Below are positions 1 through 14,080 of a DNA stretch of 64,000 nucleotides, piece after piece. The notes under the pieces are model-generated. The model saw only the letters and a list, made by a program, of their open reading frames with translations. It had not been told where the DNA came from and did no database searches. The stretch spans positions 44,392,001 through 44,456,000 of the forward strand of contig OZ024741.1 in the NCBI GenBank assembly GCA_964016885.1, in the 5' to 3' direction. Position 1 is the stretch's first letter; each line of letters begins with the position of its first letter. Source of the stretch: Eledone cirrhosa. Lineage: Eukaryota. Made by a program: the position numbers and the translations under genes.

Positions 1-64
<64 letters not shown>
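1..64. repeat. (TA)n microsatellite
   Basis: Pure TA dinucleotide run. Confidence 0.95.
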
Positions 65-206
65 CTTATTCACTTCTCTACAATAATTTACATTTTATTA
101 AACTAAGAGTAAAGTTATTTACAGAAATCAAAAGTTTTCCTTCTTTTAGCTATATTGTATATACTCTCTTTACGTACAGTACACTATAGTTGTCGTTATT
201 AATAAT

Positions 207-385
207 TCGGACACCCTGCTTCGTTACATAGAGTTACGGCCCTTTACGTTCTGAGTTCAAATCCCGCCGATGTTTGCTTTGCCTTTCATCTTTATAAGCT
301 CGATAAAATAAAGTACCACTGGGATCGTTTAAGTGATTTCCCCACAAATTTCTGCCCGTGTGCGTATAGTAGAAATAATTATTAT
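207..385 (+). mobile_element. tRNA-derived SINE, 5'-truncated/diverged copy
   Basis: B-box GAGTTCAAATCCC, then CTTTGCCTTTCATC...GATAAAATAAAGTACCA core and TAGAAATAATTATTATT tail, as in the copies at 900-1090 and 51170-51361. Confidence 0.75.
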
Positions 386-387
386 TT

Positions 388-548
388 CGGATACCCTACT
401 TCGTGGCATAGAGTAACGTCCCATTACGTTCTTTGTTAAAATCCCACCGTTGTTAGCTATGTCTTCAATTCAGTGTTGCACTGGAGTCGATTCAATCGAC
501 TTTCACCTTAAAAATTGTTAACCGTGAGCCTAAATCAGAAACTATTAT
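388..548 (+). mobile_element. Degenerate SINE copy, tandem to the previous one
   Basis: Repeats cggatacc..cttcgtggcatagag..tacgttct..aaatccc..ctggagtcgattcaatcgac..gcctaaatcagaaactattatt. Confidence 0.6.
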
Positions 549-576
549 TTTAATTATTATTATTACTATTATTGTG

Positions 577-1090
577 ATGGTGCTGGATTGGCAGTATCGG
601 TAGAGGGTCGGACGCCATGCTAGGGTGGTGGATTGGCAGTATCGGTAGAGGGTCGGACGCCATGCTAGGGTGGTGGATTGGCAGTATCGGTAGAGGGTCG
701 GACGCCATGCTAGGGTGGTGGATTGGCAGTATCGGTAGAGGGTCGGACGCCATGCTAGGGTGGTGGATTGGCAGTATCGGTAGAGGGTCGGACGCCATGC
801 TAGGGTGGTGGATTGGCAGTATCGGTAGAGGGTCGGACGCCATGCTAGGGTGGTGGATTGGCAGTATCGGTAGAGGGTCGGACGCCATGCTAGGGTGGTG
901 GATTGGCAGTATCGGTAGAGGGTCGGACGCCATGCTTTCCAGCATAGTTACGTACCTTTATGGTCTGAGTTCAAATCCCGCCGGGGTTAACTTTGCCTTT
1001 TATCCTTACGGGGCCCATAAAATAAAGTACCAGTAATGCACTGGGGTAATTGCAGGCCTTGTGCCTAAAGTAGAAACAATTATTACTATT
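577..1090 (+). mobile_element. tRNA-derived SINE with tandemly amplified head
   Basis: A-box-like TGGCAGTATCGG, B-box GAGTTCAAATCCC, core GCCTTTTATCCTTACGGGG..ATAAAATAAAGTACCAG (Meta-domain-like) and (ATT)n tail. Colinear with the reverse complement of 51170-51361. Confidence 0.85.
585..936 (+). repeat. 45-bp minisatellite, 8 copies, built from the SINE 5' head
   Basis: Unit GGATTGGCAGTATCGGTAGAGGGTCGGACGCCATGCTAGGGTGGT starts at 585, 630, 675, 720, 765, 810, 855 and 900. The last copy runs into the SINE body. Confidence 0.95.
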
Positions 1091-1989
1091 ATTATTGTTG
1101 TTGAGTCTTTTGAGACGTGTGTACAATCGCTCCGTAAGTTTTAAGTGTGATTTGTTGAAATATTTGTGTTACCACGTGTTAATAGGGTGCTATAGAATGC
1201 CTTCTGTGAACACTGAAAAGAGCCCTGACCAAATTAGACTTCCATGTGCCGTGAAGCTAATGTCCATTATTGAGAGCAAAAATCCTTGCGTCCATCTTCG
1301 CAGGATAACCAGACATTTAAGAGCTGTTTGCTCACAACGGATGATGGAAAACCACAGGGTTTCCTTGCTACTAACAACGTGTCCTCCACAACCACATCAA
1401 CAACAATAACAACAAAGAACAAAAGCAGCAAATGCAGAACGAATAACAGCAGCAAAGTCAGCACAATAACACCAATAGCAGCAACTAAACCACAACCACC
1501 AACGAGTAAACTATCGCATAAACTACCAACTAAACCAAGAGAGTAATTATCCTCTGAATAATTGATTCTTATGAATTCCTTAACTGAGCAAAATTGGTAC
1601 CTGTTGGACTTCCTCATATGTATGTCTATACTTATGTATATATGTATTATATCTTCAGTATATTTGTTAATTACTCCCTTACGGCCGAGTAAAGAATTTG
1701 GCCGAATAATACTGTTATATTATAGCAGCCCTTTCACTTACCATTGTCCACATATCACTGGCCTTCTGTAGGACGTTAATCACGTGATAATTATCCCGTT
1801 CCAAATAGTCACGGGTAGCGGAGTCTGTTGAAACATTTCTTGTTTGAAAATGTTCCACGACGAGTTGAGATTTTCACAACACTTAATTCTGAGCTTTGCT
1901 CAATAAAACTGCAGTATATTTAAACTCAAATTTGGTATGGAATACTCTTTTCTTTCACCCGTCAACCACATACGGATATTATATATATG

Positions 1990-2026
<37 letters not shown>

Positions 2027-2998
2027 GAGAGAATGTTAAGAAGTGACACAGGAGAATAAGAAAACACGTAGAAAATGATAATAGGATTTTCTCATTGAAT
2101 AAACGTAAAACACTTTTTAAAAAGTAATTTATAATACCAGTTTCAGCCGATAATTATTTCGGCTTCTTAATGGTACAGGAAATATGATAAAATGTATATA
2201 ATAAAATTAAGGGGTATATAAAAATTCACATTTTCGTTTATCTCTTTCTCTCTATCTCTTCATTGGTGGTTTGGTGGTAGGAGCAACTAAAATAGAAGTT
2301 GGGTTGTTCCCTGTTACCAACAATGGAAATTATATCACACTAATAATGTGTGGAGCTCGGACTACCTAGAGTTAATATACTCGTAACATACTCTAACATA
2401 ACTAATAGAAACAACAGAGAAAAACAATGAAGAAATGGTACAATATTATATTAACACTCAATGAGCGTTTTTTCCCCACAATCGTCTCCACCAGATGTAA
2501 TGATATTCAACAATTATGATTCGATTGTTATATATCTTTAATCTCCATCATTTGGTATACTGACGGTAATACATCGTCACTATATAAAGGTGATAATATC
2601 ATTGGGTATACATTATAAGTGTTATTCGTTTTAATTCCCTTAAAACACGTAACATATATATGCAATAGCTTCAGTTGATTACCCGTCTCTTTTTACCTGT
2701 GATAAATATTCATAGGCCGAGAAGTGAAAGAATCGTTTAAACATTGGATTAGATGCTCGTACTGCGGCATTTAATCCAACACTGACGATTGTAAAGGTAA
2801 AATCCCGTCAAGCTTAGAGAAAGCGAGAAAAACAAAACGTATATAAATACGAAAGCAGTTATATGGTTTGAAGTTACCGAATTCATTATTCATTTCTCTC
2901 TACGTTAAATATATGATTAATTGAGATACACTAGACAAATGTCTCATATAAAAAAGAAAGCCTTATATCTCTCTATCTATCTCTCGCTCGCTCTCTCG

Positions 2999-3054
<56 letters not shown>

Positions 3055-3338
3055 ATATATATATAAACAATATATATATATATACGTATGTACAATATAT
3101 ATACATATATATATATATATAATTATGTAATACACAACAATATAATTATTGTGTCAGACGATTGTAACAGATGCGTCTGAATCCGTTCATCAGATAGAAA
3201 TCTTTAATTTGGATATAAGACATGAAATAAAAAATCTATTATAGACGAAAGTGAGTCTGAATTAAAATAACGGGAAAAAATTAATTTCTACATAAAATCA
3301 GAACGTAAAATTAGGGATGAAGATATACACACACACAC

Positions 3339-3389
<51 letters not shown>

Positions 3390-3662
3390 AACGAGTAGGA
3401 CCCCGACGGCTGAGATTAATTAAGTGTAAACACAAAACCAACCACGCATATCTTTACTATCTCTAATCCTTCTATAGATTTAGAAAAATAACCAATAATA
3501 TATTCTATGAAAAATGTCAAAACAACAGATGGTAATCTAATTACTCACTGCCACCAAGAATTCTCACTGCTATCGAAAAACCACTCCTTCAACTATTCTT
3601 CTAACAACTTCACCCCTCCCTCCTAATATTCTCTATAAAAACTAAATAGGTCCTCAGTAATA

Positions 3663-3782
3663 TTATTCTGATGAAATGACAGTAAATAATAACATTGAAA
3701 TATTGAATGTCTGCATAACTAAAAGTTTGTAGATAGCAGCTGTTTTAGGTTATGTAACTGTTATAGAAACACGTGTCAATAA
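3663..3782 (+). ncRNA. Minimal type I hammerhead ribozyme motif
   Basis: Stem I TTATT/AATAA, core CTGATGA (3668-3674), stem II ATGACAGT/ACTGTTAT, and GAAAC-ACGT-GTC with palindromic stem III and GUC triplet. Confidence 0.8.
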
Positions 3783-3851
3783 ATTCCTTTCAACTAAACT
3801 GTATCCATTCAAATCTTTCTATATATATATATATGTATATATACATATTTA

Positions 3852-4458
3852 TGTCAGGTCACCAGTTGGTGCTACTGGTAACTTGTATCCCAGTACAACC
3901 TGTCTCATGGTCGGGTCGTTGGCGACTAAACTGGAAACCCCACCAAGGTTTCTTGGTGAGGAGGGTGACTTTGGACATCCTGCAGGACTAAAAACATAAC
4001 CCGTCAAAGGGCAACGGAGTTCTTAAGAGTCAATGGCCATCCAAAATCACCGGGAGAGATGACCCCTTAGCCTTTGTCAAGGCAGAATACTAGGAGAAGG
4101 AAAACTCTGACATAACACCTGCAGCTCTGATGGTATCCAATGAAGTTGACTTGTTCTACTTTTTGGTAAATATCATCTTGGTTAAGAGACTGGGACTGGC
4201 TTTGTGCAGTGCCTTTGCTCACTATAAAAGCTTCACGGCACAGGCATTGCTTTAAATCTGGAGATCTCTCTGCACTTGTCGTCACATGGTACCATAGGCC
4301 CAGCACTATGTGTAAATAATTGTCACAAGTGTAGTGTTAGTACCAGAGTTTTCAAGTCAATGTCTGGACTAAAAAGTCACACTCGTTCAGCGCATTGGTA
4401 GGGGTTCTCCTACATGGATATAAAGTAGTGGCCGTACTCGAAAACGAGTTGGCAGCCA

Positions 4459-4461
<3 letters not shown>
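3852..4461 (+). mobile_element. ~610-bp non-autonomous element, probably RTE-derived
   Basis: Near-identical inverted copy at 30139-30747. Contains GGAGAAGGAAAACTCTGA, which I recognise from RTE 5' UTRs. No coding capacity; ends in (TA)n. Confidence 0.65.
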
Positions 4462-4489
<28 letters not shown>

Positions 4490-4496
<7 letters not shown>

Positions 4497-5443
4497 AGAT
4501 CAAAAGATGGTTAAAAGAATTCCATGTATTTTATTATGCGCATTTCAAAAACAAATATCATCATGCAATAACATTTGTGTTTTCATCAGATGAAATAGGA
4601 AGTCATGATATGAAGGTTAAAAAACACTTGTGGATAGTGCAGTTTTAAATCAACATATGAGAAGTAGTTTTAGGTTGATGTGTGATATTTTTAGAAAAAA
4701 ACTTGTTGAGGGGTGGGGGGTTTGGAAAGGATGAAAAAAAGGAGGAGATGAGAGTAAAAGGTGGAGAGGGAGGAGTATAATGAGGAAGGATGAGATAGGA
4801 GGAGAGATGGCTGATAGAGAGAGAGAGATAGCTTTTATAACTGAGAAAATTATATTGTTTTACATAGAGAGGTTGAAAAACCGTTGGAAGATAATGTATA
4901 AATTAAAAGAATTTGAAAATTAACGAAGAGAAAAATAATGTAAAGTTAAGGTTTGTATATTGAAGGGTTTAATAATATGTGCGATGAAAAGAAATTGTTA
5001 ATATGTATTAAGAATAATATTTAAGGGTTTAATAATATGTGCGATGGAAGAAAATGTTGATATGTATTATTAACAATAGCAAAGGTAATGTAAGTAAAGA
5101 TATATTGTGAAAAAAGTAGAAGATAGGATGAAACATGAAAGTGAGTAAAAAAAATAATGAATTGAGGATGAATAATCTAACGTCAAAAATGTTTGTTTAC
5201 GAAGGATTTTTTCAAGGTGATATAAAGTAAGAATATATTGTATTGTGTAATAATTGTTTCTATGTTAGGCACAGTGAGAAAAGGTACAGATTAGGGGTTA
5301 GAAATTAAAAGAAAAAGAAAAGAAAAGGAAAAGGAAGAAAGGGAAATGATAAATAGGAGTGATATAGTAACAAGTATTATATAATGTATAATAAATAACT
5401 TTGAAATAAGGTAGAAAGATGGGTATATTTTTAAAGAAGTATA

Positions 5444-5507
<64 letters not shown>

Positions 5508-6820
5508 CCTTTGAGAAAAGGATTCTAAATTGATAAAGTTTTGGATATTAGCTGTATACTTTATGGAATGTTCTGTGGAATTTATGCAAGCAGAGAGAAA
5601 ACAAGTCAGTGCCTCTATTTATTATAGAATCTAAATTAGATATAATGGTAAATGTTTCATTTGAAGCAGCAGAAGAAACCTTTTTCCAAGAGATTTTATA
5701 TTTAATATTTTTTTCTTTCAAGGACCATATGAGTTCTGAGAGAGCCGTGTTGGTTCTTTTAAGTTGGTATTTAAAAGACGAATGATGATTATAAAGACGA
5801 GCTTTAAAGGAGGTGGAAGTGGAGCCAAAATAGGTGAGGGAATTGGTGTCAGTTATAACTTTACATTCGTAGATTAAGTTTTTATCAAGACAATGGTTGT
5901 TGAGAGGACATTTATTTTAGCAGGGCAATTGCAATTGCGATTAGAGAGATTATTAACGAGTGACCTAGTGTTATCTATAGAAGGAATTGGATTGGAGAAG
6001 TTATTTGCGATAGGAATAATAGTTTCTTGATTTAGAATGGGATTAAGAACATTTAGCGAAGTTGTGTTTGACGTTGTATTTGGGTTTGCAGAAATTAGCC
6101 TAGAGTTTACAATGACGTCGGGAGTACTATTACTATTATTATGATATTCAGTGTTGGAAGGAAGAGATTTAGTATTTAGTATTTTATTGTTGTTTAGAGA
6201 TAATGTTGGAAATGTTGGAGGATGTCGAATAGGAAAATTTTATAGTGTGTTTGTTAAATATTTTACTATAGATATGTGAGGGATGGAAGCATTTATTTAA
6301 GGCACTAAAGAATAATTTAGGAATATTATTATTAATAGAGATGGAGAAAGGAGCATTATACCAGATTATGTTTTTTTATCTAGGTCTTTTATTAAAGTTA
6401 TTGGAATGATCATGATTAATTATTCTACTGTAAGATCTCCTAGAATTTGTTTCTTTATTATATTTGATTTTATCAGGAAAGCCGGCTTTAGAAAACGCGT
6501 TATTATAGTAATTGGCGTTAGCATGAAAGATGTTTTTATTAGAAGATAGGTTAGATATTCTTTTTCCAATATTACTAAATATAGCATTCTTAATATTAGT
6601 AGGGTGGTTAGATTTAAAATTAACATAACTTAGGTTCTCATTGTTTTTATGGTAAGGGTAATATAGGCCAGTGTCAAGATTAAGAGATACATCCAAGAAA
6701 TTAGCTAGTTTGATGCTGTTATCAAATTCAATTTTTACGTTATGTTGGTTAAAAAGATTACGTATATTGTTCTTAATAACATACATGGAACTCTTTTAAC
6801 CTTCTTTTGATCTTATATAT
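4490..6820 (-). mobile_element. Penelope-like element, 5'-truncated (RT thumb, CxCx5C linker, GIY-YIG remnant, hammerhead tail)
   Basis: ORF 6376-6786 has FLDVSLNL..YYPYHK..SNHP..RISNLSS. Frameshifted CNC..CPLNNHCLDKNLIYECKV..FKARLYNH lies at ~5780-5940. The tail at 4490-4530 recurs inverted at 6780-6820. Confidence 0.85.
4528..4596 (-). ncRNA. Minimal type I hammerhead motif in PLE tail
   Basis: Minus strand: atttcat-CTGATGA-aaacacaaat...atttgttttt-GAAA-TGCGCA-TA-ataaaat. Palindromic stem III and AUA triplet. Confidence 0.7.
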
Positions 6821-6906
6821 TATGTATAGTCCAGTCCTACAAACTGTAGAGTGCTTCTTATCCGATATCTGCATTGCTTTATTGTATTACAATAAAACTC
6901 ACCTCC

Positions 6907-8512
<1,606 letters not shown>

Positions 8513-9097
8513 CATAGGCACAATTATATGAATATGTAAGTCTACACATACATACAACAAACATTCATATACATAAATAAAGCTATATACATATAGACAC
8601 ATGGACGCATGTCTGAAAACCGTCATAGTTATGTATACACACTTAAAATACGGACGATCTCTTATATATATATATATGTAGACATAAATAATAAATAAAA
8701 TCAAGTGTTATAAAAAGTAAATAAAAACATGTGCAAAATTGAGGGTGATGTAACTACACACGTGTATACAACTGCGTGTGTAAAAAAGGCAGCTTCAATA
8801 AGTACGTGGACTCACATATGTATACACAGAATAAGCAGACATGTATAAGTTAATAAAGTAAAGTATAAAAACATAATCACATGGATATAAAAAAAATGAA
8901 TATTGAGAAATATAAATATACATATAAATATATATACAAATAAATACACATAAATATATAAATATATATATATATAAATATATATATATATAAATATACA
9001 CACACATACTATATATATATACGTACAAACACATACACACGCACACACAAGCACACTCACAAACACAGGCGCGTGCGCGCATATATATATATTTAAT

Positions 9098-9287
9098 TAG
9101 AAAGTGAACAACTCAATATATACCTACTCCATTACCAAGGTTTCACAATATTAACATACGTCTAGTTCGCTCATAAGATTCATAACCCTTCTATCTGATG
9201 AGCGAACTAGACGCATGTCAACATTGTCTAGGTTCCTGAAACGTTTGGTAATGGAATAGTTACATATGGTGATCTTCACTTTCTAAT
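9098..9287. repeat. ~190-bp foldback of a PLE-tail family with a hammerhead in the right arm (9189-9256)
   Basis: Arms TTAGAAAGTGAA..CTCCATTACCAA..TCTAGTTCGCTCAT and ATGAGCGAACTAGA..TTGGTAATGGAA..TTCACTTTCTAA. Hammerhead ttctat-CTGATGA...GAAAC-gtttg-GTA-atggaa. Related sequence at 44850-45003 and 3130-3200 (-). Confidence 0.8.
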
Positions 9288-9358
9288 GAAATAGCTTTGT
9301 TTTATACATAGAGTACTCTTTTTTCCTTTGCTTTTTTTTCAGGAATACTTAACCTGTA

Positions 9359-9442
<84 letters not shown>

Positions 9443-9492
9443 GTAAAAAGAAATAACAACACAATCGGTACAGATATATATATATATATATA

Positions 9493-9710
9493 TAGTAATA
9501 ATAATCAATTTGAAGACTAAAATCCAAAGAGGGCTCGATAAGGATAAATATATATCAAATATATAAGAACCGTAGAGCAAACATTTATTAAAATAACAGA
9601 TTAAAGTTTAAGCAAAGAATCGCTGCTTTCACCCTTAACGTGATCTTCTGAAACTAATGGTGAAAGCAGCGATCCTTTGCTTAAACTTTAATCTGTTAAT
9701 TTAATAAATA
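9493..9710. repeat. Short dispersed repeat with terminal foldback; second copy at 43240-43404
   Basis: 9493-9657 matches 43240-43404. 9584-9633 is inverted at 9659-9710. Confidence 0.8.
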
Positions 9711-9720
9711 TATATATATA

Positions 9721-10497
9721 TACAAATAAAGATTGAGCGAGAATCGCATTTCGGCGGGCAGGAAAAGTGAAGCGAAACGCAAAAATCAGAAATGATACTG
9801 GGAAAAGCCTCCATAGTTAAAAACCAGAGCTAAACAATGTGTTAAGAAGCCATACAAAACTGAAAAGTTGGTCAAGAAGGCATTAACCACCCAAGCCAAA
9901 AACCAAAACAAGCTAAACATGTCAAAACAAAATAAATGATAAAAAAATAACCAGACCTGGATCCCGGAATTGCTGTTAAAATCCGATGTAGAGTTTCTGT
10001 GACACCTAAATCAAAATACAGTCTGCTTAAAAATATAAGCTTTGTGTATAACTATCGAACAAGGAATATCACGTTATCAACAGGTATTTCGCTCTGTACC
10101 AAATAAGTGAATGACACGGTGGTAAGTTAAACCACGTGTGGAAATCACAAGGGTAATAACCCCAGATTTTGCAAAGTAATTCAGTTAGTGTAAATCATGC
10201 GAAAAATAGCATAAATAGAACAAATCGAATAAGTTCTCAACCGAGTAGTTTTAAAATAAACTTATACAATTAACCTGTCAATAGAAATTATTGACAAGTT
10301 AATTGTGAGACACGCGAGATTAATACAAATAAAGATTCAGCGAGAATCGCATTTCGGCGGGCAGGAAAAGCGAAGCGAAACGCAAAAATCAAAAATGATA
10401 CTGGCAAAGTGTTGCATAGTTAAAAGCCAGAGCTAAACAATGTGTTAAGAAGCCATACAAAACTGAAAAGGTGGTCAAGCAGGCATTAACCACCCAA
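9721..10497. repeat. ~175-bp direct repeats about 600 bp apart (pLTR-like partial tandem)
   Basis: TACAAATAAAGATT..GGCATTAACCACCCAA at 9721-9894 and 10324-10497. Confidence 0.8.
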
Positions 10498-10555
10498 TGA
10501 TTCTATGGATTTACACTCTTATGTATATATACGAGTGTAAATCCATAGAATCATT
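10496..10555. repeat. Perfect 23-bp inverted repeat
   Basis: AATGATTCTATGGATTTACACTC - 14 nt - GAGTGTAAATCCATAGAATCATT. Confidence 0.9.
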
Positions 10556-11099
10556 ACATAAAATATATACAGTATTTCTTCTCCCAATCAGGATAATCAA
10601 CCATACAAAATATCATTTAAACGAGGCTATAAGTTTAAAATATACCTATGAAGAAATAATAGATAAATAAAAGATTTTTCTTAAATGATCCTCGCGAATT
10701 CAAAATGGCTAAGAATTGTCGCATGGCCAGTGGTCAAGTCAGAAAGCTGGTGATTGGTGCCTGTCGGCGAGTAGGCTGGTTGCTAGAAAGCGCAGCCGAA
10801 TACTGCCTAAAGCTTTACTCAACCTTACGGGAGTATATATAATAAACTACACATAAACTAGACAGAGCCATAGATATATATATATGTTTTTGGCAACCAT
10901 TCACGGTGTTGCTCAATAACGAATTAATTAATTAAATAATCAACAATCAGAGCAATATATCAGGAAGTAAGTCCATATATATATATATATATAAATATAT
11001 ACACGTATATATATATACACGTATATATATATATACACACATATATATATACACAAATTCATACATATACATAAAAAACATATATATATACTCGAACCT

Positions 11100-12750
11100 G
11101 TCCCAGAGGGAGAACAGCGACTCCGTAATTGACTCCTTAAAATCCCAAAAAGCGAAATTCACAGTTTGACATTGTCGAATTTTACCCGTCGATCTCAGAG
11201 ACCCTGTTAAACAAAGCGTTGGACTGCGCTACCACTTATACCACCGTCGATGGTTTAGACAGGGAAATCATCGCTCACTGACGGAAAACCCTCCTCTTCA
11301 ACGACGGAGTAGCCTGGGCAAAGAAGTCTACAATTTCAGACCTATTCGACGTCTCCATGGGATCGTTTGGCAGTGCTGACGTATGTGACTTGGTTGGCCT
11401 ATTTATCTTAGACATATTACGTGTTAGATTCCCGGATTTCCACACGGGAATATACCGCGACGATGGGCGGACTTTATCGAGCCATAAAAGTGGTCACGAC
11501 CTCGACCGGTTTAAAAAAGACTTAGCTTCTACCTTCAATGAGTTAGGATAACAGTAGCTACCAACCTCTCTAGCGTAGATTTTTTAGACCTTCGCACACA
11601 CACACACAGACACTTCCATAAGCTAAACGAGAAAATCAATTATATTCACAAGGACTCAAGCCACCCTCCCACTGTTTTTAGAAATTCGTTAAGAATATCA
11701 GTACTAGAATCTCAAACCTCTCCTCTAATAAGGCTATCTTCGACAGGGCGGAACCCCACTATAATACGGCGTTGGCTAACAGCGGCTTCTAACAACCTAT
11801 CACTTACTCTCCCACTAGCAACAACTCCATTAAGAAAGGTAAGCTCAACAATAGACAAACTATTTGGTTCTCTCCTCTCTTCACACTCAACGTTAAAACC
11901 AATGTAGGAAAAAAATTTCTAGCCCTCTTAGATAGACACTTTCCCATAGGTCATAAATACCGCGCCATCTTTTACCGACACAAAGTTAAACTAGGATACT
12001 CCTGCGCTAAGAACATGAAGGCCCACATCACCAGCAGCCCTAGGAGCAACACCCCACCAGGGTGCTCTTGCCGTAAGTCTGAAGCTTGCCCCCTTCCACA
12101 GCAATGTAACACACCAGCTGTAATTTATGAAGCTGTGGTCACATCCAACCGACCAAACGAACCACAGGAGGTCAAATCCTATGTGGGCATGGCGGAGGGC
12201 CGATTTAAGGAACGTTTCCTGAACCACCAATCTACTTCAGGTACCCGGACAGACGTTCATCCACGAAACTCGCGACCCACGTATGGTCCCTCAAGGACTC
12301 AAGTATAGACTACTCCATTCAATGGAAAGCCATCACTAAGTCCAAGCCATACGCAAGGGGAAATCCGACGTGTGGCTTATGTATTGACGAACGAATAATT
12401 ATTCCAAAGAGATTACGCAATAGTGATTGCCTAAACAGGAGGATTGAATTTTTCACACGCTGTCCATACGTCGCCAAACACCTATTGCACAATTACAAGG
12501 CTCCAGACTGATTCTTTGTAATTTTATTTTCAACCTAAAAACTTTTCGGACTTTCGCAGTTATCTCCCTTACACCTTTCGCACGCAGTTTAGTATTGTCT
12601 GTGTGAAGTGACCGGGTTTCTGCGCATGCGCGTTCGTACGGTTGTCGTTCCTGTTCCTATAACCATGCCCATTCCCAGCTGAGGATCCGCTAAGGGGAAA
12701 CAATTGTTCTCTCGGTATGGTGAACTAACTGTTGTGTAACCACTTATATA
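11100..12750 (+). mobile_element. Penelope-like element, decayed (RT core to GIY-YIG)
   Basis: MGSFGSADVCDLVGLFIL..GIYRDDG (RT motifs B' and C); CSCRKSEACPL..VIYEAVV..YVGMAEGRFKERFLNH; degenerate hammerhead CTGAGGA..GAAACAATTGTT at 12679-12708. TA-flanked. Confidence 0.88.
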
Positions 12751-13039
12751 TATATATATATATATATATTGTATATCTATATCTACGCATGCACACATAC
12801 AAAGGCCCACGAAAATTACATATACACATGTATGATGGTTGCCCCCTAGCTATCGAGTGTGGACATTGCACGATATAACATTATTAATAATTATCAATTA
12901 ATGCTATCGTGCAATAACTGTGCGTGAAGATTTTTTTTTAAAAATGAGTAAAGGCTGTGCACTGAGGCAATCCCACTCTTTGAACAACAGTAGCTATAAC
13001 CCGAAAAGAAAAAAATATCAACATCATCGGTAACTACTA

Positions 13040-13190
13040 AGCCGTAGCTTTTATGTCGGAGTTATCCCAGTTTCCTGAGTTGCCTTCTCTTAGAAGAATG
13101 CCCTTACAAAGGATGGGGGGGGGCTTCACTCCCTGTGGTTTAACTGCGTGATCGGGTATCCAGCCCGATTGTTGCTGTGTCCCAGCGCAT
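13040..13190 (-). mobile_element. RTE-like 5' UTR fragment
   Basis: Minus strand ..CTAAGAGAAGGCAACTC..CCGACATAAAAGCTACGGC resembles the motif in the 3852-4461 element. Confidence 0.4.
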
Positions 13191-13242
13191 ATACATACAC
13201 ATGTATATATGTATACACACACACACACACACACACACATAC

Positions 13243-13290
<48 letters not shown>

Positions 13291-13352
13291 ATATATATAT
13301 ATACATATTTACACATGCATACATATATATATATATATTTATATATATACAC

Positions 13353-13443
<91 letters not shown>

Positions 13444-13712
13444 ATATATATATCAAATGTTGTACACACAGATATTTTTTCAATTTCCAATTGAGTTCTT
13501 AGCACGTGGCCTGAATTCCTTTCAGAGTTCATTGTCACGCGCATGTATTGTTTTTTTTTTGGCGGTAATTCACTTCCTCATTTTTTGAATCAGTTCGAGC
13601 ACTTCTTTCAGAACTGCTGGAATGGCTACCTGACAGATACCTCAGGCACAGAAAGTGATTATCGCTAAATGCTGATGTTGGTTAGATTATCAATATTAGT
13701 ATTATTGGGGCA

Positions 13713-13839
13713 CCCACTGATGAATTATAGGAGCCCACTTGAATATATATCTATTGATGGTATACAAGATCCTACATAAATTGGTATAATTTCACCCAAA
13801 TCGTAGGAGCGCTATAATGAAACGAGACGTCCGTCTGGG
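13713..13839 (+). ncRNA. Type I hammerhead ribozyme motif, core intact
   Basis: CCCA-CTGATGA-ATTATAG...CTATAAT-GAAAC-gaGACGTCc-GTC-TGGG. Perfect stems I and II, GUC triplet. Confidence 0.82.
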
Positions 13840-14014
13840 AAGAGATATGTTAGATATGTCTCATTTGAAATAATACAGCCAATTTTACACGCAATACCTT
13901 TAGTTAGCACCCCGAACACATAATAGGAAATATAACCACGTATTTCCTAATGTTTGTCGAGTGAGTTGGAATTTGGCCGGAGTATCGCTAAAAAGCTTTC
14001 TCCGATATTGTATT

Positions 14015-14075
<61 letters not shown>

Positions 14076-14080
<5 letters not shown>

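Noticed and set aside
585-936. CRISPR-like array
   Set aside because: Units are contiguous and identical with no unique spacers, no cas genes are present, and the unit is a SINE head.
900-985. tRNA gene
   Set aside because: A and B boxes are present but there is no cloverleaf, and the sequence continues into the SINE core.
550-1036. Repetitive ORFs 550-945(-) and 617-1036(+)
   Set aside because: By-products of a stop-free 45-bp tandem repeat.
1095-1771. Short ORFs over an AAC-rich tract
   Set aside because: Low complexity with no domain signal.
2130-2180. Hammerhead on the minus strand (AGCCGA..TCGGCT-GAAAC-TG-GTA)
   Set aside because: The CUGANGA core is not recognisable, so this is at best a decayed remnant. 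The same applies to ~9615-9655, ~43365-43400, 45460-45505 and 46130-46170.
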